DNA of 53,101 nt. Source: an uncultured Campylobacter sp. GTDB lineage: Bacteria > Campylobacterota > Campylobacteria > Campylobacterales > Campylobacteraceae. Below the pieces are notes generated by a model. That model saw only the letters and a program-made list of their open reading frames with translations. It ran no database searches and was not told where the DNA came from. Made by a program: the position numbers and the translations under genes. Below, one piece after another: positions 39,946-50,046 of this stretch (position 1 is the first letter of the stretch; every line of letters starts with the position of its first letter). The stretch spans positions 1 through 53,101 of the forward strand of contig CAZWYE010000001.1 of assembly GCA_964637895.1 (NCBI GenBank), given 5' to 3'.

Positions 39946-40210
39946 TCAAACCCAAATCTCCTTCTTCTAAAGGAATTTCCTCGCTTTGCATTTTTTCTAC
40001 TATGTCTTTATAGACTTTTAAGCTTTCTTTTGCACTTTCCTTGTCTATCTTTTCCATAGCAACGCCTACATGGATTAGCACAAAATCGCCTTTTTTTAAA
40101 GGTTCGCTAATCAAATCAAGGTTTACTTTTCTTTTAACGCCCAAAGTTTGAACCAAAGCGTTGTTAAATTGATCGATTTCTAAAATTTCAGAGGGTATGG
40201 AAAGGCACAT
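39929..40210 (-). CDS. hypC: Hydrogenase maturation chaperone HypC
   Basis: MCLSIP and GDFVLIHVG motifs. Confidence 0.95.
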   Translation of the reverse strand: MCLSIPSEILEIDQFNNALVQTLGVKRKVNLDLISEPLKKGDFVLIHVGVAMEKIDKESAKESLKVYKDIVEKMQSEEIPLEEGDLGLNEFHR

Positions 40211-40962
40211 TAAAACAACTCCTTTTTAAGCTCAAGCAGTTTAAGCCAAAGTTCTAAATTCGTCCCGCTTTTAGAATCAAGCGCGATAATGTCCGCTCTT
40301 GGGCTTAAATCCTTAATAAGAGCACAAGCTTCTTTTATATCAAAGTCAAAATGCTTAGCAAAATCAGCCTTAGTGATAAGCACTATGTCTGCTTTTTTAA
40401 ACATTACGGGGTATTTTTGAGGTTTATCGCTTCCCTCTGTGACTGATAGCAAAACGACATTTAAATGCTCACCTAAATCATAGCTTGCAGGGCAAACTAA
40501 ATTCCCTACATTTTCGATAAAAAGCAAATCACAGTCTTTAATATCTAAATGATGCAAAGCCTGATGAACCATAAAAGCGTCTAAGTGACAAGCCTGTCCT
40601 GTGGTGATTTGATACGCTTTAGCCCCGGCTTCACTCACTCTTTTAGCATCGTTATTTGTCTCTAAATCGCCCTCTATGACGGCTATTTTAAATTTATCCT
40701 TAAAAGCCTTGATGGTTGCTTCAAGCAAAGCCGTTTTTCCACTTCCCGGAGAACTCATAAGATTAATACAAAGCACTTTTGCTTCGTTAAAATGCATTCT
40801 ATTGTGTCTTGCTTCCTCGTCATTCTTGCTTAAAATTTTGCTTAAAACTTCTAGGGTTTTTTCCTCTTTTAAACTAGGATTTTCGTGCGAGTGGGAATGC
40901 TCTTGTTTATGAGTGTGTTTGTGCGAATGCGAACTTACCGAACAACCACAATCTTTACACAT
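40210..40962 (-). CDS. hypB: Hydrogenase nickel incorporation GTPase HypB
   Basis: MCKDCGC, His-rich stretch, SPGSGKT, CHLDA and ENVGNLVCP motifs. Confidence 0.96.
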   Translation of the reverse strand: MCKDCGCSVSSHSHKHTHKQEHSHSHENPSLKEEKTLEVLSKILSKNDEEARHNRMHFNEAKVLCINLMSSPGSGKTALLEATIKAFKDKFKIAVIEGDLETNNDAKRVSEAGAKAYQITTGQACHLDAFMVHQALHHLDIKDCDLLFIENVGNLVCPASYDLGEHLNVVLLSVTEGSDKPQKYPVMFKKADIVLITKADFAKHFDFDIKEACALIKDLSPRADIIALDSKSGTNLELWLKLLELKKELF

Positions 40963-40997
40963 CTTAACTCCTTGAAAAAAAATTTTTTTATTTTATC

Positions 40998-43199
40998 TTA
41001 AAAAATATTAAACTCATCTTTGTAAATGCTTAAAAAATGCACCATTTGCCCAAGTGCGATTTGACTATCGTTGCAAGGAAATTTCAAAGGCACGAAAAAA
41101 TCAAGCTTTTTTCTTTTTAGAATTTCAAGCAAGGTTTTGTTTTGAAACACTCCTCCGCTTAAAATAAGCTTAGATTTATAAGTCTTACTAAACTTTATAA
41201 TAAATTCCGCCAAAGCGTTTAAAAATCCCGTAACAGCCTTAGTTTTCTCATCTTTTAAAGCACCTAAAATCACTTCTTTAAAATCAATTTGCCCATCTTT
41301 AAAGCTAAGTTTATAAGAAAAATTTAAGCTCTCATCGTAAAATTTCTCGCACAAAAGTCCGCTTTGTGCTTCATAACTTATATTTTCTAAACCGAAAACA
41401 AGGGCGGCAAAAGCGTCAATTATACGTCCTAAAGAGCTTGTAAAAAGAGTGGAATTTAAATAAACTTTTTTAAGATTGTTAAGCTTGTTTTGTGGAATTT
41501 GGCTTAAAAAATCTTTAGCTTCATCTTCTAAATCATAATGCCAAATCACGCTTAAAGCAAGGTTTTGCAGGTTTTTAATATCGCTATTTATGAGTTTGAA
41601 ATTCTCAAAATGACCGACTCTTTCATAGCTTTTTAAATCGCCCCAAAAAATTTCTCCGCCCCAAATAAGCCCATCATCACCATAACCCGTGCCATCGCAA
41701 ATAAAAGCCAAAGCCTTTTCTTTTAAACCTGCTTCAAAAAAAGCCGCACAAAAATGTGCAAAGTGATGAGAAATTTTATAAGTTTTATAATCCTTAAAAT
41801 GCTTGACATAACTGAAATTTGGGTGTTTATCACACAAAATAAAATCAAATTTAAGCGCGTAGGTTTTTTTAAAAAAATCAAGCAAAGTAAAAAACCTCTC
41901 GTTCGTATCAAGGCTTTTTAAATCGCCTATATAAGGCGAGATTATAAGCTTTTTTTGATGATAAATAACAAATTCGTTTTTAAGCTCAGAGCCTAAGGCT
42001 AAAATGGTTTTTTCACAAAGATTTTTAAATTCTAAATAAGAAGGATTTAACGCCCTTGAAGTGCGTAAAAACATAGCTTTACCCTCTATAACTTGGGCTA
42101 TGCTATCATCGCTTGGATTTATAATTTCTCTTTCGTAAGTGAGATAAAAATCAAAAACACCGCTTAAGTTCTGCCTTAAAAGCTCCTCTTTAAATATTAT
42201 ACTCTCACCGCTTAAATTCGCACTAGTTGCGACCAAAACGCCCTTAAAATACTCAAAAAGCAAAAGTTGCATAGGAGTGTAAGCAAGCATAATGCCTATT
42301 TTATCAGTATCAGGAGCGATCAAACCCAAATTCTTTCGCGCCTTTAAAAGCACAATAGGACTTAAAGAACTCTTAAGCAACTCCGCCTCGTTTTTGTCTA
42401 TAAAGGCTAATTTTCTTGCAGTTTTAAGATCCTTACACATCAAAGCAAAAGGCTTACGCTCCCTATTTTTTCTCTTTCTTAACTCTTTTAAAGCGTCTAA
42501 ATTCAAAGCATCGCACATCAAATGAAAGCCGCCCATAGCCTTAATGGCTAGAATTTTACCCTCTTTTAAAAGCTTAGCACAAAGCTTAAAAGCCTCATTT
42601 GAAGAAGCTAAAATTCGCCCGTTTTTGTCTTTTAAATAAACCTTAATCTCGCACTTAGGACAGCTTATAGGCTGGGCGTGAAAACGGCGGTTGGCAGGGT
42701 TTTCGTATTCGCTTTTGCAAAATTCGCACATAGAAATTTCGCTCATACTAGTGTTTTTTCTATCATAAGGCAGGGCTTTGATAATGGAAAATCTAGGACC
42801 ACAGTGCGTACAAGTAATGAAAGGATATAAAAATCTAGGATTTTTAGCATCGTAAAATTCTTTTTTGCACTGCTTACAAAGACTAAAATCGCTAAGTATG
42901 GGCGAGGTTTTAGGGCTTTGCTTTGAAGTTGAAATTCTAAAATCTTTATAATTTTTAAACTTTTTTAAGTTAATTTTAAGCTCATCTATCCTTGCAAGAG
43001 GCGGAAGTTTTTTTTTAAGCTCTTTTAAAAATTTTTCAAGCCCTACCTCATCGCAACGCAAAAAAATTTTCACTCCAAAGCCATCATTATAAACCTCGCC
43101 GCAAAGTCCTAAATTTAAGGCTATTTCATAGACTAAGGGTCTAAAGCCAACGCCTTGAACCAGTCCTGAAATTTCAAGCTCATATCCTAAGGGCTGCAT
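40998..43199 (-). CDS. hypF: Carbamoyltransferase HypF
   Basis: GLVQGVGFRP, two CxxC zinc fingers, RRFHAQ, TSAN, HHFAH, DGTGYG and LSGGVFQN motifs. Confidence 0.96.
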   Translation of the reverse strand: MQPLGYELEISGLVQGVGFRPLVYEIALNLGLCGEVYNDGFGVKIFLRCDEVGLEKFLKELKKKLPPLARIDELKINLKKFKNYKDFRISTSKQSPKTSPILSDFSLCKQCKKEFYDAKNPRFLYPFITCTHCGPRFSIIKALPYDRKNTSMSEISMCEFCKSEYENPANRRFHAQPISCPKCEIKVYLKDKNGRILASSNEAFKLCAKLLKEGKILAIKAMGGFHLMCDALNLDALKELRKRKNRERKPFALMCKDLKTARKLAFIDKNEAELLKSSLSPIVLLKARKNLGLIAPDTDKIGIMLAYTPMQLLLFEYFKGVLVATSANLSGESIIFKEELLRQNLSGVFDFYLTYEREIINPSDDSIAQVIEGKAMFLRTSRALNPSYLEFKNLCEKTILALGSELKNEFVIYHQKKLIISPYIGDLKSLDTNERFFTLLDFFKKTYALKFDFILCDKHPNFSYVKHFKDYKTYKISHHFAHFCAAFFEAGLKEKALAFICDGTGYGDDGLIWGGEIFWGDLKSYERVGHFENFKLINSDIKNLQNLALSVIWHYDLEDEAKDFLSQIPQNKLNNLKKVYLNSTLFTSSLGRIIDAFAALVFGLENISYEAQSGLLCEKFYDESLNFSYKLSFKDGQIDFKEVILGALKDEKTKAVTGFLNALAEFIIKFSKTYKSKLILSGGVFQNKTLLEILKRKKLDFFVPLKFPCNDSQIALGQMVHFLSIYKDEFNIF

Positions 43200-44697
43200 C
43201 GCTTAACTTACAATCTTTAAGGTGTTTTAAGCAATTTTTAAGCAAAGATTTATGCTCGAATAAAGAACCGCTAAGCACAGCGATTTCTATCTGCTTTTTC
43301 TGCCTCAAATCATCGTTTATATCGCGCAAAAAATACGCCAAACTCTCAAGCGTCCCATAAGCGATATTGACATTTTCAACACCTGCTAACATAAAGCTCA
43401 TAACAGAGCGCAAGGTCTTTGCATAATCGAAATTTCCAGCCTTATCTAAAGAAAAATCTATCTTAACGCCTCTTGGAATTTTCGCTTCATCGCTTAGCCT
43501 TAAAAAAGCTTCGCCTGCCTTTAAAAAGTCTTTTTCAAGCCCTAAAATTCTGCCTAAAATGCAAAATAAAGAAAAAAAATTATTTTTAAGCTCAAAGTCC
43601 TCGTCTAAAAGTGTAAATTCCTTGCTAAAATTCTCTAAAAGCTTCGCTCCCACAGGCTCTTTTCTTATGTCCTCGTAAAGTTTTTTGGAATTTTTTGGAA
43701 GGCTAAGTTTAAGTATATTTAGTTCTTTATTCACAAGCAAAAGATCCTCATAATCCTTGCTAAGCTCTAAAATAAGGGCGTTTTGCTTTAAAGTAGAAAG
43801 TATATAAGAAAGCCTTGCGAAATTCTTATCCTCCTTGCTAAAAATAAGCTCTCTTGCCCTAAAATCCATAAATTCAAAGCCACGAAGCACCACTATAAAA
43901 TTATCCAAGCTCAAAAGTTCAAAATCATCAAAAAAACACTCCACCTTTTTAACGCCTAAAAATTTAAAGCCCTCTTCATAAAGCGCGCAACAAAGTGCAA
44001 AAGTGAATAAATCCTCAGCAAGCTTTACCTTAAATTCGTTTAAATTTAAGCTATGATTTTTTCTAAAAATAGCGTTAAATCTAAGCTTCATCAAAGGTTT
44101 TTCAATACTTGCAAGAAGTTTTAAGTTTTCATTCGAACACACAAAGGCTGAATTTATCGCTTTTAAATCGCAAGGCATTAAAAAATCAAGCGAAAAATCA
44201 TCATCAAACAAAGAAAACTCATAAATTCCTTTGTGATTTTTGGTGTAAATTTTTTCTTTATTTTTAAGAGCTTTTAAGGATTTTTCAAGCAAATTTTGGA
44301 AATTTTCTTTGGTGATTTTTGTGAAATTTTCTTTATCAAAAGCTAGTTCAAGTTCGCAAAAAACGCCCCATTCATTCTCTGTTAAAGCCTTATTTTGCGT
44401 ATAAGCGTTCGCGTTTAAATGCGTTATGTATTTAAATTTAAAGTTTTGTTTTTGAGGCTTAAAAACACTAAATTCGTTAGCAAGTTTTACTTCAAAATTT
44501 CTTAAAAAAACGCTATTGCTCATACCATTTAGGCTTTGAGAAAATTTTTCAAGCTCCTCTTGCTCCGCTTTAATCTTAAAAATATATAAATTCCCATCTC
44601 TTTTCAAGCTGTATTCATAATCCTTAGCGTAAAAACCAAGCAAATACTCAAAAATTTCATTGCCGCTAGTGTATTCAAAGTCAAATTCTAAAATCAA
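43180..44697 (-). CDS. hydE: Hydrogenase accessory protein HydE-like
   Basis: Immediately upstream of hypF. Motifs LASIEKP, RGVKIDF, LRSVMSFMLAG and LSGSLF recall HydE of Wolinella/Helicobacter. Confidence 0.65.
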   Translation of the reverse strand: MILEFDFEYTSGNEIFEYLLGFYAKDYEYSLKRDGNLYIFKIKAEQEELEKFSQSLNGMSNSVFLRNFEVKLANEFSVFKPQKQNFKFKYITHLNANAYTQNKALTENEWGVFCELELAFDKENFTKITKENFQNLLEKSLKALKNKEKIYTKNHKGIYEFSLFDDDFSLDFLMPCDLKAINSAFVCSNENLKLLASIEKPLMKLRFNAIFRKNHSLNLNEFKVKLAEDLFTFALCCALYEEGFKFLGVKKVECFFDDFELLSLDNFIVVLRGFEFMDFRARELIFSKEDKNFARLSYILSTLKQNALILELSKDYEDLLLVNKELNILKLSLPKNSKKLYEDIRKEPVGAKLLENFSKEFTLLDEDFELKNNFFSLFCILGRILGLEKDFLKAGEAFLRLSDEAKIPRGVKIDFSLDKAGNFDYAKTLRSVMSFMLAGVENVNIAYGTLESLAYFLRDINDDLRQKKQIEIAVLSGSLFEHKSLLKNCLKHLKDCKLSDAALRI

Positions 44698-44811
44698 TTT
44701 CCGCCCTTTAAAATCAAGTTTATAAATATATCATTTTAAGATAAAATTAAGCTAAAAAGCTTTTTCAAACCAAATTTAAGCCTTTTTTGCTTAAAGCTAA
44801 ATTTCAAGCTT

Positions 44812-45459
44812 TTAACCGCTCAAAAAAGCTTCAAATTTCAAAGTCTCTCTTGCTCTAAAATCCGGCATAAATTTTTCTAAAAAAGCGTAAAATTCCCTGC
44901 CGTGATTTGCGTGTTTAAGGTGCGCTATTTCGTGCAAAATCACATATTCTATAAAATAAAGTTTTTTCTCTAAAAGCCTTAAATTTAGGTTGATATAGCC
45001 TTTTTTGCTGTTGCAAGAGCCAAACCTTGTTTTCATAGTTTTTATGCTTAAATGTGTGCTGTAAAGCCCGGTCTTTTTTTCCCATTTTTTAATAAAATGT
45101 GTGAAAATTTTCCTTGCAGTTTTTTTAAGAAAATACTCAAACTCCTCTTTTGAAGCACTATAAATTTGATCTTTTTTAAACTGCGTTTTTTTAAAATCAG
45201 GACTTAAATTTAAAACATATTTTTTACCTAAAAATAAAAGCTCGTCTTCTTTTAAAAGCAGTTTTTGCTCTTTAAATTCGCTCAAAACCTTTTCAATCCA
45301 CGCTTCATTTTTGCTTAAAAACTCATAAACAAAGCTTTTTGGGCAAGTTCGTGGTAAGCTTAAATGAAATTCGCCCTTTTCATTGAGCTTTAAACGCAAA
45401 TGTTTAATGCTTTTTCTTTGGTAGAAAAAAACGCGATTTTTAAAGCAAAATTGCTTCAC
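44812..45459 (-). CDS. M48/SprT-like (YgjP family) zinc metallopeptidase
   Basis: MKTRFGSC and EYVILHEIAHLKHANH (HExxH). GTG at 45459 gives a GTGA overlap with the MATE gene. Confidence 0.85.
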   Translation of the reverse strand: MKQFCFKNRVFFYQRKSIKHLRLKLNEKGEFHLSLPRTCPKSFVYEFLSKNEAWIEKVLSEFKEQKLLLKEDELLFLGKKYVLNLSPDFKKTQFKKDQIYSASKEEFEYFLKKTARKIFTHFIKKWEKKTGLYSTHLSIKTMKTRFGSCNSKKGYINLNLRLLEKKLYFIEYVILHEIAHLKHANHGREFYAFLEKFMPDFRARETLKFEAFLSG

Positions 45460-46772
45460 ACAAGGGCTTTGTCTTGCCATTTTTTGCTTTTCCACCTGTA
45501 AGAATTCACAAGTCCTCTTAAAAACTCATCGGCACAAAATCCTATCCAAACGCCTAAAATTCCAAGCCCCACATAAAAACAAAGCACGAAACCTAAAGGC
45601 AAAGAAACGCCCATCATAAACACAAGAGCGCTAAAAAATGGGAATTTCGCGTCCCCACTTGCCCTTAAGGCATTGACCATAACTATATTAAAAGTCCTTG
45701 AAATTTCAAGGAAAATTGAAAGAGCAAACAAAGGAATCATAAGCTTTCTAAGCTCTTCTTTAAGCTCAAGCAAATCCATAGTAAAATCCTGCAAAGCAAA
45801 ATTTAACACCGCAGCCAAAGCACTTGCTAAAACGCTAAAATACAAAGCACTCCAAGTATGCTTATAAGCCACGCTTAAATACTTTGCACCCACGAGTTTG
45901 CCGACTATTATCTCGTTTGCAAGGCTAATTGCTTGACCTATTAGCATAATGATTAAAGAAATTTGAAAATAAATGGTTTGAACGCTTAAATTTTCTTTGC
46001 CTAAACTAGCAACAAAGCCAAAAGCTATGGTGTATTGGACTATCCAAAGCAAATTTTCACCCGCCGAAAAGCCTCCTATGTTTAAAATTTTGCTTAAAAC
46101 GCTTTTTTCAAAATGAATAAATTCTTTAAATTTAAGATGAATTTTAAGCTTAAAAATAAGCAAATAAAAAAGTAAAATAATGACCACAACGCGCCCTAAA
46201 ATATTGCTCAAACCTACGCCAAAAAGCTCTAGTTTGGTAAAATGAAGCGTGTAGTAATTGCCTATTAAAATGATAAAATCCATTAAAAAGCTTATAAACA
46301 TTACCCAATAAGCCTTATTATACACCCTAATAATAGCAGCTAAAACTATGCCAAGTGCGTCAAAAAACAAGCAAATTCCAAGCATTTGCAAGTAAATCAC
46401 CCCATCTTTTACAAGCTCGTTTGGAATTTTTAGCAAGATAAGCAGTTCTTTTGCAAAAATTGCTATCAAAAGTCCGCAGATAAAGCCTAAAAATGCATTT
46501 AAAGAGAGGCTTTGATGAATGACCTTTCTTGCTAGAGCTTGATTTTTCGCACCCAAAGCTTGCGAAACTATCACGCTACAACCCACGCTTAAAAAGCTGA
46601 AAATGGTAATAAAAAGATCAAAAATTTGATTCCCAGCTCCCAAAGCTCCCACTAAAAAATTAGAATACTGAGAAACCATAGCGGTATTTATGATTAAAGA
46701 AAGATATTTTGAAAGCAAATCAGAAAAGATAGGAAAGCTCAAATGCTTTAAAGAAAGTTGTTTGCTTGACAT
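45456..46772 (-). CDS. MATE family efflux transporter
   Basis: About 12 TM segments, with SQALGA, ALRASGDAKFP and LGILGVWIG motifs. Confidence 0.9.
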   Translation of the reverse strand: MSSKQLSLKHLSFPIFSDLLSKYLSLIINTAMVSQYSNFLVGALGAGNQIFDLFITIFSFLSVGCSVIVSQALGAKNQALARKVIHQSLSLNAFLGFICGLLIAIFAKELLILLKIPNELVKDGVIYLQMLGICLFFDALGIVLAAIIRVYNKAYWVMFISFLMDFIILIGNYYTLHFTKLELFGVGLSNILGRVVVIILLFYLLIFKLKIHLKFKEFIHFEKSVLSKILNIGGFSAGENLLWIVQYTIAFGFVASLGKENLSVQTIYFQISLIIMLIGQAISLANEIIVGKLVGAKYLSVAYKHTWSALYFSVLASALAAVLNFALQDFTMDLLELKEELRKLMIPLFALSIFLEISRTFNIVMVNALRASGDAKFPFFSALVFMMGVSLPLGFVLCFYVGLGILGVWIGFCADEFLRGLVNSYRWKSKKWQDKALV

Positions 46773-46802
46773 TTTAAAACTTCAATTCAAAGATAAATAA
46801 AA

Positions 46803-47762
46803 TCAATCTTTATCTTTGAAATTTAGAGCGATTTTAGCTTGAAGTTTTAGCCAATCTCTTTGCAGCATTATAGGAAAACCTCCATAAATGCGTCCTCCCT
46901 TGAGGCTTTTACTCACTCCGCCTCTTGCGGCTATGGTGCTAAAATCGCCGATTTTTAAATGCCCACTTGTCGCACTCTGTCCGCCCATAACAACGCCTTG
47001 TCCAAGCTCGGTAGAACCCGAAATTCCCGTTTGTGCGACTATGATGCAGTTTTGCCCTATGATAGAATTATGCCCTATTTGAACGAGATTATCAATCTTC
47101 GTGCCTCTTTTAACAACAGTACTATCAAACACAGCCCTATCAATGCTAGTGCAAGCTCCAACCTCTACATAATCCTCTAAAATCACATTACCATTATGAT
47201 AAATTTTATAATGTTCTGCGTTTTTAGTGTGTGCATAGCCAAAGCCATCGCTTCCTATGACACAATTTGCTAACAGGTGGCATTTCTTGCCGATTTTACT
47301 ATCGTTATAAATGACAACATTAGGGTGGATAATGCTCTCATCGCCTATGCTAACATTATCGCCTATAAAAGCACCCGCCATAATAACGACATTTTCTCCT
47401 ATATTTATATTATCACCCAAATAAACATTAGGCATAATTTTCGCACTTTTTGCTATATTTTGCTTTTTTTCTTTAGAACTTGAGAACAAAGGCTTAGCAA
47501 AGATTTTGCTTAAAAATGCAAAGCTTAAATGAGGATTTGGACTTATTAAAACTTTGGTATCTTTGGGAACTAAATTTGCGTATTCTTTGTGGATTAAAAT
47601 CGCACCAGCACCGGTATTTGGCACTTCTTTAACATTGTTTTCGCCATCGCAATAAGTAAGCTCAGTAAAATTCGCTCTAAGCAATGAATTTAAAGCCTCT
47701 ATCTCTATATCCTCGCCTTTATAATCTAAATTTAAAAATTCTGCAATCTCATAAAGTCTCAT
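46803..47762 (-). CDS. lpxD: UDP-3-O-(3-hydroxyacyl)glucosamine N-acyltransferase
   Basis: Hexapeptide repeats, IGSDGFGY and TKIDNLVQIGHN motifs. Confidence 0.96.
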   Translation of the reverse strand: MRLYEIAEFLNLDYKGEDIEIEALNSLLRANFTELTYCDGENNVKEVPNTGAGAILIHKEYANLVPKDTKVLISPNPHLSFAFLSKIFAKPLFSSSKEKKQNIAKSAKIMPNVYLGDNINIGENVVIMAGAFIGDNVSIGDESIIHPNVVIYNDSKIGKKCHLLANCVIGSDGFGYAHTKNAEHYKIYHNGNVILEDYVEVGACTSIDRAVFDSTVVKRGTKIDNLVQIGHNSIIGQNCIIVAQTGISGSTELGQGVVMGGQSATSGHLKIGDFSTIAARGGVSKSLKGGRIYGGFPIMLQRDWLKLQAKIALNFKDKD

Positions 47763-48223
47763 TTAATCTCCATTAAAACCGAACCGCTGCGAACTATGTC
47801 TTTAGGGCTGTATTTTTTAATCGTTTTTAAAAAATTATCGATTCTACTTGCATCATCAGCGACAATTAAAAATAAAAAATTCTCGTTGCTGTTTGCAACT
47901 GTGCCATTATATGCCTTTAAAAGCGCGTCAAGTCCGCCTAAATTCTCACTTAGCGGAATTTTCACTAAAGCCATTTCTTTTTCTATAAATTCCTTACTTT
48001 CGATAACCTTGTAAGTTGGGATAAGCTTATGAAGCTGTTTGACAATTTGCTCAAAAACCCTTTCATTGCCAGAAGTTACGATATTTACCCTTGAAAATTC
48101 TCCGCTGGCTAAAGGTGCAACCGTGAGGCTGTCTATATTATAACCTCTACCAGAAAAAAGCCCCACAATGCGCGATAAAACTCCGTGTTCGTTTAAAACA
48201 ATGACCGATAAAACTCTTCTCAT
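47759..48223 (-). CDS. ilvH: Acetolactate synthase small subunit
   Basis: NEHGVLSRIVGLFSGRGYNIDSL ACT domain and EQIVKQLHKL. Confidence 0.94.
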   Translation of the reverse strand: MRRVLSVIVLNEHGVLSRIVGLFSGRGYNIDSLTVAPLASGEFSRVNIVTSGNERVFEQIVKQLHKLIPTYKVIESKEFIEKEMALVKIPLSENLGGLDALLKAYNGTVANSNENFLFLIVADDASRIDNFLKTIKKYSPKDIVRSGSVLMEIK

Positions 48224-49920
48224 TTTTTATCCTTTAACTTCGGCAAAATCATATTATAAATCGCCCCGCCTGCTGGAACCATAGGTAAAACATCCTCAAA
48301 GCGGTCTATTGTTACATTTAAAAGTGAGCTTTTATCGCTTTTTAAAGCGTCTTTGAAAGCCTGCGTGAATTCTTTTTTAGTTTTTATATCATAGCCTTTA
48401 GAGCCAAAACCCTCCGCAATCTTTACAAAATCAGGCTGCAAACTCAAATCCGTTTGCGAAAAATGCTCGTTATAAAACATACTTTGCCACTGGCGCACCA
48501 TACCTAAAAAAGCGTTGTTTAAGATGATATTTATGGTTTTAATGCCGTATTCATAAGCTGTCATTAATTCTTGGATATTCATTAAAATCCCTCCATCGCC
48601 TGAAAAATTAAGCACCACTTCATTCTTAAGTGCTAACTTAGCTCCCAAAGCTGCTGGCAAAGCATAGCCCATAGTTCCAAGCCCTCCGCTTGTTGCAAGC
48701 TGTCTTGGGTAATTGAAAGGATAAAACTGTGCAACCCACATTTGATGCTGTCCTACATCGGTAATAATTCTTGCATCAGGAGCTATTCTTGCACACTCTT
48801 CAATAACCCATTGAGGCTTTAAAATTTCATTACTATCCTCATAAATCAAAGGATAAAGTTTATTATAATTTTTCAAAATTTCAAGCCATTCTTTGCTTTG
48901 AGGGACAAAATTTTCTTTTTTAAGTTCGCTTAAAAGTTCGCTTACAACCTGAGCAACATCGCCAACGACCGGAAAATGAGCGTTGATAATCTTTGAAATA
49001 GAACTTGGGTCTATATCTATATGAACGATTTTAGCACCTTTTGCGAATTCGCTTGTTTTGCCCGTGATTCTATCATCAAATCTTGCTCCTAAAGCCACGA
49101 GCAAATCACACTCGCTTAAAGCCATATTTGCCACGTAACTTCCATGCATTCCTGCCATTTTAAGATTAAGTGCGTCATCGCTTCTTAAAACGCCCAAAGC
49201 CATTAAGGTTTCAACGGCTGGAATTTGCGTAAGTTTTACAAGCTCTCTTACAAGCTCACTAGCATTTGAAGCAACGCAACCTCCGCCTAAATAAAACAAA
49301 GGTTTTTTGGCTTCTTTTAAAAGCTCTGCAAGTTTTTTAATCTGCTTTGCATTACCTTTATAAGTAGGCTTGTAAGTTTTCATTATAAGTTCTTTAGAAT
49401 AATCAAATTTGCCTAAAACCGCACTCACATCCTTAGGTATATCAATATGCACAGGTCCTTGTCTGCCGCTTCTTGCAAGATAAAAGGCTTCTTTAAGCAC
49501 TCTTGGAAGCTCCTCAATGTGCGTTACAAGGTAATTATGCTTTACACAAGGGCGTGAAATTCCAACCGCATCTATCTCCTGAAAGGCGTCCGTGCCGATT
49601 AGAGAATTTGCAACCTGCCCTGAAATTAAAACCAAAGGAATGGAATCGCTATAAGCCGTAGCAAGTCCCGTAATAGCGTTTGTAAAGCCCGGACCGCTCG
49701 TAACAATGGCAACTCCAACCTCCCCGCTCACTCTTGCATACGCATCTGCAGCGTGAAGTGCTGCTTGCTCGTGCCGGACTAAAATATGCTTAAAATATTT
49801 TTGTTTGTAAATTTCATCGTAAATGTTTAAAGCTGCACCTCCGGGATAACCAAAGACAACTTTAACTTTTTCTTCTTTTAAAGCCTCGCAAATCATTTGC
49901 GAACCGCTGATTTGTTTCAT
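48220..49920 (-). CDS. ilvI: Acetolactate synthase large subunit
   Basis: FGYPGGA, RHEQ, TSGPG, DVGQHQMW and the GDG TPP-binding motif. Confidence 0.95.
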   Translation of the reverse strand: MKQISGSQMICEALKEEKVKVVFGYPGGAALNIYDEIYKQKYFKHILVRHEQAALHAADAYARVSGEVGVAIVTSGPGFTNAITGLATAYSDSIPLVLISGQVANSLIGTDAFQEIDAVGISRPCVKHNYLVTHIEELPRVLKEAFYLARSGRQGPVHIDIPKDVSAVLGKFDYSKELIMKTYKPTYKGNAKQIKKLAELLKEAKKPLFYLGGGCVASNASELVRELVKLTQIPAVETLMALGVLRSDDALNLKMAGMHGSYVANMALSECDLLVALGARFDDRITGKTSEFAKGAKIVHIDIDPSSISKIINAHFPVVGDVAQVVSELLSELKKENFVPQSKEWLEILKNYNKLYPLIYEDSNEILKPQWVIEECARIAPDARIITDVGQHQMWVAQFYPFNYPRQLATSGGLGTMGYALPAALGAKLALKNEVVLNFSGDGGILMNIQELMTAYEYGIKTINIILNNAFLGMVRQWQSMFYNEHFSQTDLSLQPDFVKIAEGFGSKGYDIKTKKEFTQAFKDALKSDKSSLLNVTIDRFEDVLPMVPAGGAIYNMILPKLKDKK

Positions 49921-49956
49921 TATTTTTCCTTAAATTTGCTAAAAACAGACTTGAAA

Positions 49957-49965
49957 ATTATAACA
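49957..49965 (-). promoter_or_regulatory. Extended -10 promoter (TGtTATAAT) of ilvIH-lpxD
   Basis: Perfect TGnTATAAT 36 nt upstream of the ATG. Confidence 0.65.
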
Positions 49966-50046
49966 ATTTTTTAAGTTTTTTACTACAATTCTCATTAAAA
50001 ACTCAAAAAAATTATAAGCTAAATTTACAAATTTACCACAAATATT